Shown: one piece after another, positions 52,154-64,000 of the stretch
How the letters are laid out: every line of letters starts with the position of its first letter
Numbering within the stretch: position 1 is the first letter of the stretch
Assembly (NCBI GenBank): GCA_010093705.1
Contig: MU006089.1
Span: 1,056,455-1,120,454 of the forward strand
Source of the DNA: Patellaria atrata CBS 101060
Taxonomy: Eukaryota
Length of the DNA: 64,000 bases
Direction of reading: 5' to 3'
The notes under the pieces: model-generated
Seen by the model: only the letters and a program-made list of their open reading frames with translations
What the model was told of the DNA's origin: nothing
Databases searched by the model: none
Made by a program: the position numbers and the translations under genes

Positions 52154-53319
52154 ACTATATACGATCTCGCACGGCTTACACTTCATCCGTCCATATTATC
52201 TTGCATATGCGTTTTATGCGCTATTACACCTCTATCTTTCCATTTCATTATCTGTCGGCTTCATTTCTAGATTCGATCATCCATATTCCCCACACCGCGA
52301 AGCAATACTTAATACCCATTACCGACAAGGTGTCCTGGCGACCTCTGACCGACACTCATTATCTCATTACTTCTTAGAACTTTACGCCACGGCGTTATCT
52401 GACCCTTTTTTTTTTTTTTTTTATTTCGTTTAGATGGAGAAGAGGAACTTGGGAGGGACACGATTATCATGGCATCTTTTTATGACAAACCCACCGGGGT
52501 AAAATCTATTGGAGTTATTTTTCTGACTTTTTCCTTTTGTCTGTGTTTTTCTTTGGAGAGGGATCACGTTTGAGCTGGCTGGCTAGAGCAGCGACCGGCA
52601 TCGGTAGGAGGAGGAATCAACCTCCACCGTGTTGTGCAGCTCATGAGAACCCCATGACTGCGGTGTTTTCGGCGTCATATTTTTTCATTTTTGTTCATGT
52701 GGTGGAGGGGGTAGATGGGGGAGAGAGGAGAGGTTGTTGGAAGGATGGAGGAAAGTCGTAGCTAACTGCTGTTGCTACTGTTGGTGGCTGTCATTGTCTC
52801 CATTCTTCTACATAGGTCTGACTCGCGCTTCGGACTTTTCGTGGTTTGGTGATGGACTTTACTTTACTTTACTGTGCTGTACGGTCTATCACACACAGCT
52901 ATGGAGTCTATTACAGAGCGTAGAGTACAGCCGCAAATAACAAATATCGTTCAAGACAATTACTGAGTTCTCATTTCTCTTGACTTGCGTGGAACGGTGG
53001 AACAATAACAAAGTAGGTACGTAGATATTGAACTTCGAACCGCGCGCTGCCAGCTCATACTGCACAGTGGGTTATCGAAGTGATGATGTACGCCAATCAG
53101 CTACCGACGGGAGCTGTGTGATGGAGCTTTGTTAAGCGCCCGGTTTTGGGAATCGGAAGGCCAATGGGGTTGGACCGGGGAAAGGTGGGGGGAACTCGGG
53201 GGAACGTTACCTGAAGCCGAGGGGTGGTGAGTGGGTACGTGCAGTTATGTAAACATGCATAAAGTTTTGGGTTGTGAGTTGTGCAGATGTTCAAGGTGGT
53301 CCTACCTGAAGAGAAAGGT

Positions 53320-54490
53320 GAAATATTCGAAAACTTCATATCGCATATCGATCGGCGAGATTTTTGATGGAGAGGTTGGGAATTTCTCTCTTTTTTGGGG
53401 GGAGAGAAAGGGGGGAAGGGGAGGCAGGGAATATTGGGTTTGAGGTAGTAGTTATGGAAATGACCAAAAAAAAAATCGTGCTGTTTGGATTGGAAATGTG
53501 GTGGGTGATGCGATTTTGTCCGTCTCTATAGACGGGAGTACTCTTTCTCGTCTCGACTCTTGCAAGTCGAGATCCAAGAGTGAACTTTCGAAAAAGTTAT
53601 ATCGCATATAGATCATTGACATTTTTTATGGAGATTTTGGATTGAATGTTTGAGTTACTTCTAAGTAAAGGGTTAAGCATATAATCAAAAAAGAAATTGT
53701 GCGTTTAAGAAGGTTTTTCTTTTTTACTGATAGAGTATACTTCGCCGATGATAGCCGATCACCAGCCCGTCGCTCGCGCCGGCTTCAACCGTATTGCCGC
53801 GGAAGAGCACGCGTCTACTGCATTCGCGTTTGAAGTGAACTTTTCGAAAAAGTTATATCGCACGTGGATCATTTGACATTTTTTGTGGAGATTTTGGATT
53901 TGTTGGTTGAAGTGCTTTTGAGGGAGTGGGGAAGGAAATGACCTAATAATAATAATTCGTGCATTTAGAAGTGTTTAGGCCTGTCCACGGAGTAGGGACG
54001 CTGTAGGGAGTATCCTTCAGCTATGCGAATAATGGTTCGGACGAACTATTGCTTGCCAGCTTGATGATAAGTAATTCTCGGCCCGCATCTCGGGATGGGC
54101 TTTACACGCTGACCTGGGAAGAGAGAGCCTTACCGGTAACGTGTTTACGACACTCATGTTATGAAGAGAAACTGAACTTAAACGTTTTTGAGTACATTTT
54201 TATATCGTACTTCGATCTTCGATATTTCTTATGGAGATTCTAGATAGTTATGCTCAATTGCCTCTTTACAAAGGGTTAAGCAAAAGACCATAAAAAAAAT
54301 TATTCATGCGTTTCGAACGAGTTAACGTACTAAAATACCGCTTCGCACGAACTATCTCTTGAACGCTCGAATAGCCGGTTCTCGGTCCGACCGTGGAAGT
54401 GCACGCGTCTACCGCACCCGCGTCACGGCTTTCCTACGGTACCGTTCCCACTTTAACTTTTGTTGCACGTCGAGACGTATCGCATTTGCA
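53320..54490. repeat. Degenerate tandem array of 4-5 units of ~255-350 bp
   Basis: A core TTCGAAAA..TTATATCGCA...GATC...TTTT..TGGAGATT recurs, with (A/G)TATCG(C/T)A anchors at 53338, 53599, 53855, 54202 and 54477. AAAGGGTTAAGCA and GCACGCGTCTAC each occur twice. Confidence 0.75.
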
Positions 54491-54582
54491 CTTCATAAAT
54501 CTTTTTTTTTGGCAACCCTCACTTCTTCTTCTCCATAATAACATGTCTGTTGAATGCCTACATCGAATTCTCGATTATCGCA

Positions 54583-57500
54583 ATGCGCCTCCTCATTGAA
54601 GTCCTCCCATTACGGAACGTTGCAAACTTTCTGCAGAATAACCCAGCCTACGCTCATGTCGCGATCAATGCGGAACCAACATGTTTTAGCTTACCGGTCA
54701 AGCCTGAAGAGACGTTCGCGCAGGTTTGGCAAAGGATTGATGAGAGATATAAGAGAAATTATTTGACGCCTCAGCAAGCTAGGTTGGCAAAACCCTCCCG
54801 ATCTACTAAGCTACATCTACTAATCAAAAAATTTGTGCAGTACTTTCATGATTAAAAAGCTCCAAGACATCTATGACTGCGATCTAGACCTTGATGATAC
54901 CGTTGGCACCACGTTCGAGGGCGAGACCGATCAGAAAAACTTACGGATCCGAGTTACCCAAGCACCTATTGACCGTGAGGTCTCGATCCCGGTTACCTCG
55001 AATCTGAGACCGAGTTTTGTACATAAGAGACCGAGGGGTGAAGATCAGGTGCGGGAGAATAAGAGGCGAAGAATCGAGACTCAGGCGTATGGTGCGCCGA
55101 TTGAGGAGCTACATCCAGATCGACCGGTCCAATCAAGGGAGCCGCCTCCAAAGTTTAGGAATGCGGAAGCTGGTGCGGCGGAAAATGGAAACGACGCCGG
55201 ACATGTGGACATTACTGGATCCGAGGACCAATTGGTTCCTATAATAGTTCGCGATTCTCTTGAGAATGGCCCAGGTTTAGAGGAAGCGCCCCCGCGGGAA
55301 ACTACAAAGACTGAATCTCCAGGAAGAGAAACTAGCGATTTACATGATATCCCGGAATCTCGTCCTTTATCTATTGTCACACCACCTACCCGTCAATCGA
55401 ATGGACCTACCGTGTTTGCAAAACCAAGCATACCAACCTCAGTTACAAAAGGGGCTGAACGTAATAACGGAACACCGTCTGTTTCACAAGGCACTGCACG
55501 TAATATTAAACCAGCGTCGGGTTCAAAAATAATTCGACGTAATATTGGACCGGTGACGATTTCCAAAGAGGGGGAACGCAGGCGGCTCGAGACGCCCGTG
55601 ACAGCAGAGCGGGCAATAGAATTGTTGAAGCAAAGAAGAGTGAGCAAGTCAGGCAGCACACCAGGAAATAGCATCTCCTCGCCGATACTCCAAAAGCCCA
55701 AAAATGACGTTCCAAAGGGTAGACCTACCACTGAGACTGCACCTCGAGATAACAACTCCACTCCGATATCCCACAAAGCCAACGATGATGTACAAAAGCA
55801 TAGACCCAGAACTAAAGAGCCCCGTGCGCACTTATCGTCCCAAATTGCAAGTTCGTCGCCAGTGTCCAGCTTCTCGCATCACAATGAAAAGTTCAACTCT
55901 GAAGATGTCCGCATAATAGCCGAAGGTAGAGCTCGCGGGTACACTTTTGCGGAGATTCGAAAACATCATTTTCCCGATAAAAGCGTTGACTCCGTCAAAG
56001 CGAGATTTTATCGGTACCAGAAGGAAACTAAGAAGACTGGTTCGTCTAAACGCCCACTGGATACAACGGCTGGAACAAGGTTATCAAAGCAAATTGCCCT
56101 TTTGGAAAGTCCGAAAGAGGCCGGAGTTGAAACAAAACTATCAAAACAGAAGGCGGTTATGGAAAACTGGATGTCGAAAGGAAGTGATTCCCAGAGTAGT
56201 CAAGAAACTAGTGAGACATCTGTCGTCGAGAGACGAGAATCATCGCCAGAGGTTGTGATATTGCCTCGTTCTTCCATTCCATCGAGTAGTGCCCGAGTTG
56301 ATTCGTCTCCTAGTCGGAAATTGCCCCCTAAGGTCAACGGTGAGGGTGGTAAGAGAGTCTCTCATGGTGCACATGCCTTCATTAAGCCAAATGATCCTCG
56401 CAAGGGTACACCAAAGATTGCTCCGCAGGGTACGCCAAAGGTAGCTCCGAATTCTCACACCCGGAAAGTTACATCTCCAGATGCTGCGGCTACTCCAAAG
56501 GCTCTTACTTCAAATGTTCCCGCTCTAGGTATTGTCTCTACGGATCTTGCCACTCCTTGGTTTTCCGGTCTGAAAGTTTCCGCCAAGGGGACCCATAAGA
56601 GCTCTCCGAAACCTGAGGCTCCAAATGCTGCTGAAAAAGATAGCGTATCAGAGGTTGCACCAAGCGTCACTCCCAGAGCTACTTCAAAGGCTGTTCCAGA
56701 AACCTCCCCGAAAGCTGCTCCAGAAATAGCTCAAGATGCTTCTTCACAGATTTCTCAAGAGGTTACTGCGAAGGTTACTCCGGAGGTCAAGCCAAAAGCC
56801 ATCACTACAAAGGGCATAAAGGTGGTAGCTTCAAAATCCACTCCAGAGCGTGCTCCAAAACGCGCTCGAAAGATTACCACCAACCTTTCGCCAGAAGTTA
56901 CTCGAGAAGTCATGTCAACTACGGACACTACCTCGAGTGTAGGTGTTTCTTCACATACCAAGGCCACGTCCAATACGGACGCGGATGCCACTCTTCAAGC
57001 AGATGCTGCCCTTTATTCTGCTCCTTGGTCTAGGCATAATGCTATCACGGATGCTGATGCCCCTTCTTGTGATAATAGCTCGGCCGATAGTGCAGCTATT
57101 CTCAATGCTCAGCTTACTCATGCTACTACCCAGTCTGCTAATAACCGAACTGATCACGATGCATCTTCCGTTCATGAGGATGCTATCATCGAGGACGAAT
57201 ATATCTCTAACTACGATGGTACAGCTACTACAGCTGTTGGCCAGACTGCAAATGACCCTATGGATATTGATTCTGAGTCTGAGCGTGATAGCTCGTCTGG
57301 TGACGAAGCCGAGTCCAAAGAAGCTACCTCCCCTGATCAGGAAACTGCCTTCGAAGGCGACCCATCAGTTCAGCAACACGTTCCCTCCAATCGAGATCTC
57401 TCTTTTGCCGACGACACTACGATCAATGATGCCATGGCCGTCGCTAATTATGTGATGAATGGAACCCAGTCCGACGAAGAAGACCTTGCGTCCAACAGCG

Positions 57501-58186
57501 CTCCCTCCACTTCTAAAGATGCCAGCTCCAAACGCGATCCGTCTATCGATCACAATACTGTATTCGTCGATGCCATGTCTGTTGACGGTGAAACGCCTAA
57601 CAGTGCACTTTCCGACGCCTCGGATGCCGTCTCAGACGACGACGCATCTATCGCCTCGGACGCTTCCTCCTCCTCCGCCGCCGCATCCATCATCGACGAA
57701 CAAGCAGAAGAAGCAGCCTCGAAAATCTCAAACAGCGACGAATCCGAAGAGCCCGAATCGGACGACGGTTCTTCTTCAAATGACTCCGACGACAATAACC
57801 CCGCTGCAGACTCCCCCAACGCATCCGACTCCGAAGAATCAACAGCCGCAGCCCACTTCACAACCGCAACCACAGCCGCACCCAATATTCTCCCCTCCAG
57901 CCCTCCTCTCCCGCCAGCACGCTCACAGCCTAAATCCCCCATCCCGCCATCTACAACCCGTTCTCAAACCAACGCCAGCGCAAACAACAGCAACCCCTGG
58001 ACGCAGGTGAAACAAGCCCTGCACACCCAGATCGCGGCGCAGCGGAAGAGGGAAGCGGATCAGCGCCGACAGAGGCAACCGGTTAGGAAGACTGGGGAGA
58101 TGAGTCTGGAGGAGAGGTTGAGTGTTATGTTTCCGAGCGAGGAGGAGAGTACTGAGGATGAGGGGAGCGAAGGTGGGGACAGTTGA
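54583..58186 (+). CDS. Large, mostly disordered nucleolar Dnt1/Net1-like protein (Cdc14-binding-type N-terminus, Myb-like segment). Intron 54783-54840
   Basis: N-terminal FSLPVKPEETFAQVWQRIDERY...FMIKKLQDIYDCDLDLDDTVGTTF resembles the Net1/Tof2/Dnt1 N-terminal domain. FNSEDVRII...FPDKSVDSVKARFYRY is Myb-like. Also S/T-P-K repeats and an acidic tail. Confidence 0.65.
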
Positions 58187-58594
58187 CGGTGGGGGCTTTG
58201 GGGGGTGCTTGGGTGGTTGGTTTGATGGGGTCGGGTGTGTGGACCAGGGACTGGTGAAGCGCTCGTTGTGGTGAGGGGTGTCTGAGTTGGGTAGATGGGT
58301 TAGACGATGTCTATATGTCTGTGTATGTGCCTGGGTAGAGGATGAGGGCATATGATCTGGTTTGGAGAGTTGTAAATATAGCACTTAATACCGGTCGTGG
58401 GTGGGAGTATAAATCAGGAATCAGAAATCGAAGTTTATGTTTTGAGTCTGTAGTTACAAAAATGAGAAAACATATTACAAATCTCCTGTGCTGATTCATC
58501 CCCTCCCCACGATCTCATCCCATATCATCATAACAAAACACAGCTTTACTCTTCCCACAAATACACACCATCTCCACCTACACCAACACTACAC

Positions 58595-60090
58595 CTACAC
58601 CCTCATCCTGACAGCCCCCCTCTCCAACTCCCCCACCAAACCCCCTCCACTCACCGTCCACGCCTCCCCAACATATCTCGCATCCACCCTCTCCCTCACA
58701 ACCCCACTAGCAGCATAATACTCCAACACAGCCCTCGCCTCCACCTTACTCAACCCCCCGACCCCGAGCACATCAACCCCACTCACAGCCTCTAGCGCCC
58801 GCGTATCGATCTTGCGATACGGATCCCACTCCGGCACCTCCTCCCCCCGCTGCCGCGCCAGAGATTGGGATACAGCCAGCCGCAGCGCGGGGCACGACGG
58901 GGCGTTTGAGGCGGACATGGCGGCGAGGACGAGACCGCCGTTTGGCAGGTCTGTGGGGGGGGAGGCGCGCAGGTAGCGCAGGAAGAAGGATACGAGGGCG
59001 AGGTCGTGGGCGTGGATGGGCTGGGCGTCGCGGGTGAGGTAGTGAGAGTTTATCAGGGCGTGGGCGAGGCCGTCGAGGGCGAGGAGGATAGGAGGACGAG
59101 TGGCACCTGGGATGGGGGAGGAGGGGGAGGTGAGTTCGGTCCAGAGGATTGTGAAGGCGGGCCAGGCGAGGTCGGGATCGGATATCCCGTGTAAGGCGAG
59201 GTCGGAGAGGGTGGTTTGGGGCGAGAGGGGTAGGGGAAAGGTGTGGGGTTTGCTTAGGGTGAGCGTGGTTAAGATTGGGTTTGATTTTTGGAGACGGTCG
59301 AGGAGGGAGGCTGTGAGTGTTTTTTGGAGGTAGAGGAGGGGCTGGGAGTCGGGGATGGGGGCGTATGCCGCGTGGTTTTGGACGAGGTCTTTGGCTTGGG
59401 GTGTGTTAGTTTGGTTTGTTTGGATTTTGGTTATGAAGGGAGGGGGGAGGTACCGTCTGGGATGTTGATCACGATCCAGCCTTTGAGATAGGCCATGGCC
59501 ATTGCTTGTAGTAGGAGCACACTCTTCCCGCTCCCCCGTTCCCCAGCTATGATCTTCCGTATCGTCTTCCGGTTCTCGGTTTGGGCGTCGAGATTCTGGA
59601 TCAGTTTTCCCATCTCCACCGTCTCGCTCCTCATCAACACCGCAGGCTTGCGAAATAAACTCCACCCCTGCGTCACTTTAAAGGCTTCCGCCGCCCTCAA
59701 ACTATCCACCACCGGGCCTGGAAGTCCCACCATCTTCCCTGCCACCTCAGGCACTGCCATATTCCCGACGAACAGGTCCGGCATGCCGTCGACCTCGAGC
59801 GCATTGGTGTTGCTGAGGATGACTCGTTTGCGCAGGGCCTTTCGTTCGCCGATGGCCGGGGCACGACTCGTGGCTTTCTGCACTTTTGTCTTCTTCATCT
59901 TGAAGGCGACTCCGACGCCACGTTGAGCCTTGACCGGAGCTGCGGCTGCGAAGACGGCAGCAGTCGAGAAGGAGGCATTTTGAGTGGATGAGATGGTGGA
60001 TAGGCGTAAGACCCGGGGAAGGAGGAAGTCAAGGGGTGTATGGGATGATGGGTGGAGGCATCTTGAGGGACGGAGAGGTATTGAGGCCAT
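58595..60090 (-). CDS. RSM23: Mitochondrial small-subunit ribosomal protein mS29/DAP3. Intron ~59453-59395
   Basis: Basic presequence, GERKALRKRVILSNTNAL, AFKVTQGWSLFRKPA, P-loop GERGSGKS, RPPILLALDG, IHAHDL and LEYYAASG...SGGGLVGELER. Confidence 0.92.
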
Positions 60091-60408
60091 CTCGAGCGAA
60101 ATGCCGTGCTAGACCAATGTTATCTCATCTGATTGATAGGAATTGATGGGCACGTCAACTGTTGTGCGATGTGTGCGCGCTGGGGGAGCAGACAAATTTC
60201 AGATGATTGCTGTCTCTTCGCGTCGTCGTGGAGTTGAGGAAGAAGCTCTGGGGTCTTTGTCCGGGATTTCTGATTGGTTGAATTTTTTTTGAACCTCAAA
60301 AAAAATTATTATTGACGAACATGCCGCAGAATACAGTTATATAACAATATTCACAACCCACTTTCCTGCACTTTTAATCCACGTGAATACTACTCAAGAT
60401 CCAATATA

Positions 60409-61196
60409 ATGGCCGACGTAGCTATGGCCGAGACATCCACAACCTCCCCCCAATCCCCCATCTCCAAACTCACAAACGGGACGACCGACCTCGCAATCCA
60501 CGACGCAGAAATGCTCGACACAGAACCCAACGGCGTATCCCTCAACGGATTATCAAGCTCCAAACCACCACGACCGTAATCCCTTGCCCCGTCCCCCCGT
60601 CTCGCCTCCCCCTCACAATAGCGCACTAAACCCCCCCCCCCCTTTCCCACAGATCTGTCGACGTCCAAAAACCAATCCCTTACACCTTCGACCTCGGGCA
60701 CCTCCTCTGCCTCGACACCAACCCCCTCCCACCCCACAGCACCGAGAGCGACCTAACCTCCATCGCACGAGACGCAGCGCAAGCACTCATAAACCAGCTC
60801 CTCACAACCCTCACACCCACCTCCACCCCGGACGGCGTCTTCCTCCCACTCCCGGCACCCTCGACACCGCTACCGCGCGAGAAACCCGTACCAGCGGAAA
60901 AAGAGCCGACGAAATGGGAGCGGTTCGCGGCGAAGAAGGGGATCAAGGACAAGCGGCGGGACGGGAAGATGGTGTATGACGAGGGGAGCGGGGAGTGGGT
61001 ACCGAAGTGGGGGTATAAGGGGAAGAATAAGGAAGGAGAGGGAGAATGGCTGGTTGAGGTTGATGAGAAGAGGGAGTCTGAGACGGGGGAGGCGGGGGAT
61101 AAGCGGAGAGATGGTAGGGAGGAGAGGAAGGAAAGGGTAAAGAGGAATGAGAGGAGGCAGAGGGCTAATGAGAGGAATAGTCGGAAGAGTGGGTGA
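60409..61196 (+). CDS. RRS1: Ribosome biogenesis regulatory protein Rrs1. Intron 60576-60652
   Basis: Motifs KPIPYTFDLGHLL, ARDAAQALINQLL, LPREKPVP...PTKWERFAAKKGI and GEWVPKWGYKG. Confidence 0.94.
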
Positions 61197-62042
61197 GAGA
61201 GGTTTGTTGTGGTGGTGTTCATTCTTGACTGGGAGCCTTGAAAGGGATAGAACAGGGCTACTGGGTTGTATCTTCTACTCGAACATGTTGCTCATCAAAA
61301 CGTATGATGTGGAAACGTAGGAAGCGCAGCCTACCAAGGATCACGCTCGAGAGAGGGTTGTGGGCGTTATGGAGCTGTCAATGTTTCTTGCAATGTTCAG
61401 CTGGACACATAGTCCGTAAGGAAATTGCTCCTACACTAGGAGTATAGTAAAAAGAACATTATTCACCATCCTACGCTTTTTGCACCATCGTTTCATCGAG
61501 TTACTGGTCTTTAGTTGATATACACTCAGTATACATGTGTCAAAACTATCACCCATTTCACTTGTGCATCTGCAAGATCTGCATCGCTAACCATGAAATG
61601 TCACCGTAGGCTTTACAGATTGCTAAGACAGTCGTGGCGACCGATATGTAAGCAGTTCTTGTTTTTACGAGTGTCCATGGCCTAACTACATGGAGAACAA
61701 GACCGATGAATGAAATTTCAGAATTGATAGACATTGAGATGCTTCAGTGGTATCTAACGAATAATGAAACACAGATATAACGCTGCAACAGAACGGATTG
61801 TCCTTTTCATAAAGGGGCAATCCCGATTTCCCTTTTGTCACCATTATCTATTCTTTGATCTATAAGATCTATTCTTTGGTCCCCGACTCCAATCAATGCA
61901 GGGAACGTGATACTAGAAGTTTTTGCTCGATCGTTGATGATGGTCAATGTTGTCGGTTTGGTCATAAAATTTACGGAAGACGGGAAGCTTCGCCAGCGGA
62001 ACCAGTACATGGCCATGAATGACAGTGCGCAAGTAAGGTAAT

Positions 62043-63422
62043 CTAATCCTTTGGTTCAATGAGATCTGGAATTTGCTCAGGTCTGGCTTTGCCCTCGAGG
62101 ATATCTGTAAGTTCGTATTAGCTTTTTTTATCTTTCGGTAGCAAGAGAAATGGTTGGCCCTACTGTAGACTGCGGTCATCAAGGGGAATTCTTCCTCAAG
62201 GTTTTGACTCCTGAGCCACTGATTGACTTCATATGCCGTTGAAGTTCCCTGCAACTTTTGTCCATTCAGTTCAGTCCTCTCCACTTCATCAATACTGACG
62301 CCACGCTCAATGCTCATCTTCGCGCAGCGGAAATTTCTGCCACCCGAACAACTGGTGATCATGTCTGCGACACCACAGCTCTCCTCAGTAAAGGTAGCAG
62401 CTCTCACAGAATCAGCGAAGAACATCTTGCCAAACTTTACTTCCTCGAGAATTCCAATCCTCATCACTGCCGCTTTAGCATTGTCTCCCCATCCTAGACC
62501 TTCCACGAAACCTGCAGCGAGGGCGACGACGTTCTTAAGTGCACCCCCCAAGGATACACCGGCCACATCAGATACCATTCGGACGTGGAAGTACGGTCTG
62601 TGGAAAAGTTTCTTGACATTGTCGTGATTGAGGGGAGGATAATCCGCTGGCAGAGGTTGTAACCGGGCGTGTTTAGGAGCTGGTGGAGTATCTGTATTGG
62701 ACATGGTAAGATCCACTTGCGAGTGATGAGGAGACCCATGGGGAGTTACCCTAGGTGTGGGTTGCCTAGAGTCCATAGGCGGTGGATCATATGCCACAGT
62801 AGTCTCACACCATTTCTCGAGGGCTACTTCGGTGGCGATGTTCGCCCCAGACAGAGCACCACAGTAGATTCCTAATTCAGATCCTATCACCTCTGAGAAA
62901 AGCTGGACTCCTTTGTTAGACACATCTACACCTTTGGTGCAAGATATGGCTCTGGCAAAAGGCACGATCTTGCCCCTTAGTTGCTCACATGACTTCGCAA
63001 TGAACTGATGCGGTAAGCAGAAGACCAGTATTGTTGAATCTTTTGCAGCGTCGGGAAGGGAAGGATTGGCAACCACATTATGAGGAAGCGGGATGTTAGG
63101 TAGGTACTTGACGTTCTCGTGAAGAGCATTGATTAGGTCTGTCAACTTTTGTGGTTTGTTGCAGAGTGAGGAGCCAGGATCGTAGTGTTTGGACTCTTTG
63201 GGTACAGTGACTTCTTCCTCATACACCCACATCTGGATCTCGGGTTCGAAGAGGTTTGGATTTGCGGTTGCATTTTCAGCACAAATCTTTGCTATCGTGG
63301 AACCCCTACATAGTATTAGTGTTGACCGTTCTCCGTCTTTCTAGCAGGGAAGATACTCACCAATTTCCAGATCCCACCACGGTCACTTTGTGCTTCTTTG
63401 AGGCAGGACCAAGGGTTGCCAT
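62043..63422 (-). CDS. GPD1: NAD-dependent glycerol-3-phosphate dehydrogenase. Exons 63422-63361, 63305-62164, 62104-62043; upstream in-frame ATG at 63539
   Basis: Motifs [67 protein letters not shown] and NGQKLQG. Confidence 0.96.
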
Positions 63423-64000
63423 GTTGTCGAATCTGTGTCTTCTGGTGGTATGTAATTGTTGAGGTGTAAGCAGGCGGATTCTTGTAAAGCGGTAAGGTGC
63501 AAAAACTTTGGAGTGAAATGAAGCAGGCAAGCTTAGCATACGCAACGGTTGGATTTATAGTAAGGTGAGAGAAACGGTCACGTAGCAGAAGGATCGAATC
63601 TTATGGTGATTAGAGATCACAAGCCAAAGAATATGTTGAGCCGAGAAAGAGCGACCTACGACCTCAAGGGTTGCATCATCCGGACAGGGACGTTGGCCTG
63701 TCGTTCCTACCTAATCCCTGTAACGCTTCTAGACCCTCATATGCCAGATTCCGCGAAAATAGAAACTGTACGGTAACTTCAGGGCTTTTCATACTCGATT
63801 ATGCTGAAGTACCTAAATGGCTACTACTACGTATATAGAGGTTCTTTGTCAAGCTAAGTATTACACCTTCAAGCACAAGTAAAGTATTCTGTAACACTAC
63901 TTCGCGCAAACCGTAATGGCCGAGTGGCCGACAAGTACTGGGCTCGGGCATGCCGGAGGTGTCACCGAGGCTCGGTTCTCTTTGCGATGTTTTGCCTCCC

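Noticed and set aside
61970..62045. Stop-codon read-through of GPD1 to a cryptic peroxisomal PTS1
   Set aside because: The stop context is TAG-ATT rather than TGA-CTA, and the extension ends ...EASRLP*, so SRL is not terminal. Intron retention ends SKNF*.
3064..62875. The many short antisense or alternate-frame ORFs nested inside the identified genes
   Set aside because: Shadow ORFs of real coding frames with no independent motifs or splice support.
63917..63927. TGGCCGAGTGG, resembling a tRNA-Ser/Leu D-arm (box A)
   Set aside because: No following AAGGC, anticodon arm, GGTTCGA box B or acceptor stem before the window ends.

Overview
Gene-dense, intron-containing DNA from a filamentous ascomycete (Pezizomycotina; short GT-AG introns with CTRAY branch points). 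It is mostly housekeeping genes. In order: 3' end of a pogo/Fot1-type DNA transposon, clathrin heavy chain, pyruvate carboxylase, a 77-aa three-exon gene, phosphomannomutase, a Pcl-type cyclin, proteasome beta1, a BEM46 hydrolase, a ~7 kb gene-free gap, an RRM+YTH RNA-binding protein, a strongly self-complementary non-coding stretch, a three-exon coiled-coil gene, PXR1, an IRC20/SHPRH-like helicase-RING, palF, Moco sulfurase, a Ser/Pro-rich protein, a degenerate ~260-bp tandem array, a Dnt1/Net1-like protein, RSM23, RRS1 and GPD1. The most interesting part is 30.8-35.7 kb. There a spliced gene only partly visible in the ORF track encodes a 156-aa protein that aligns by eye, without gaps, to the SYCP3/Cor1 meiotic axis core. 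It converges on the YTH gene across a candidate structured ncRNA. All exon boundaries were read by eye and no searches were run.
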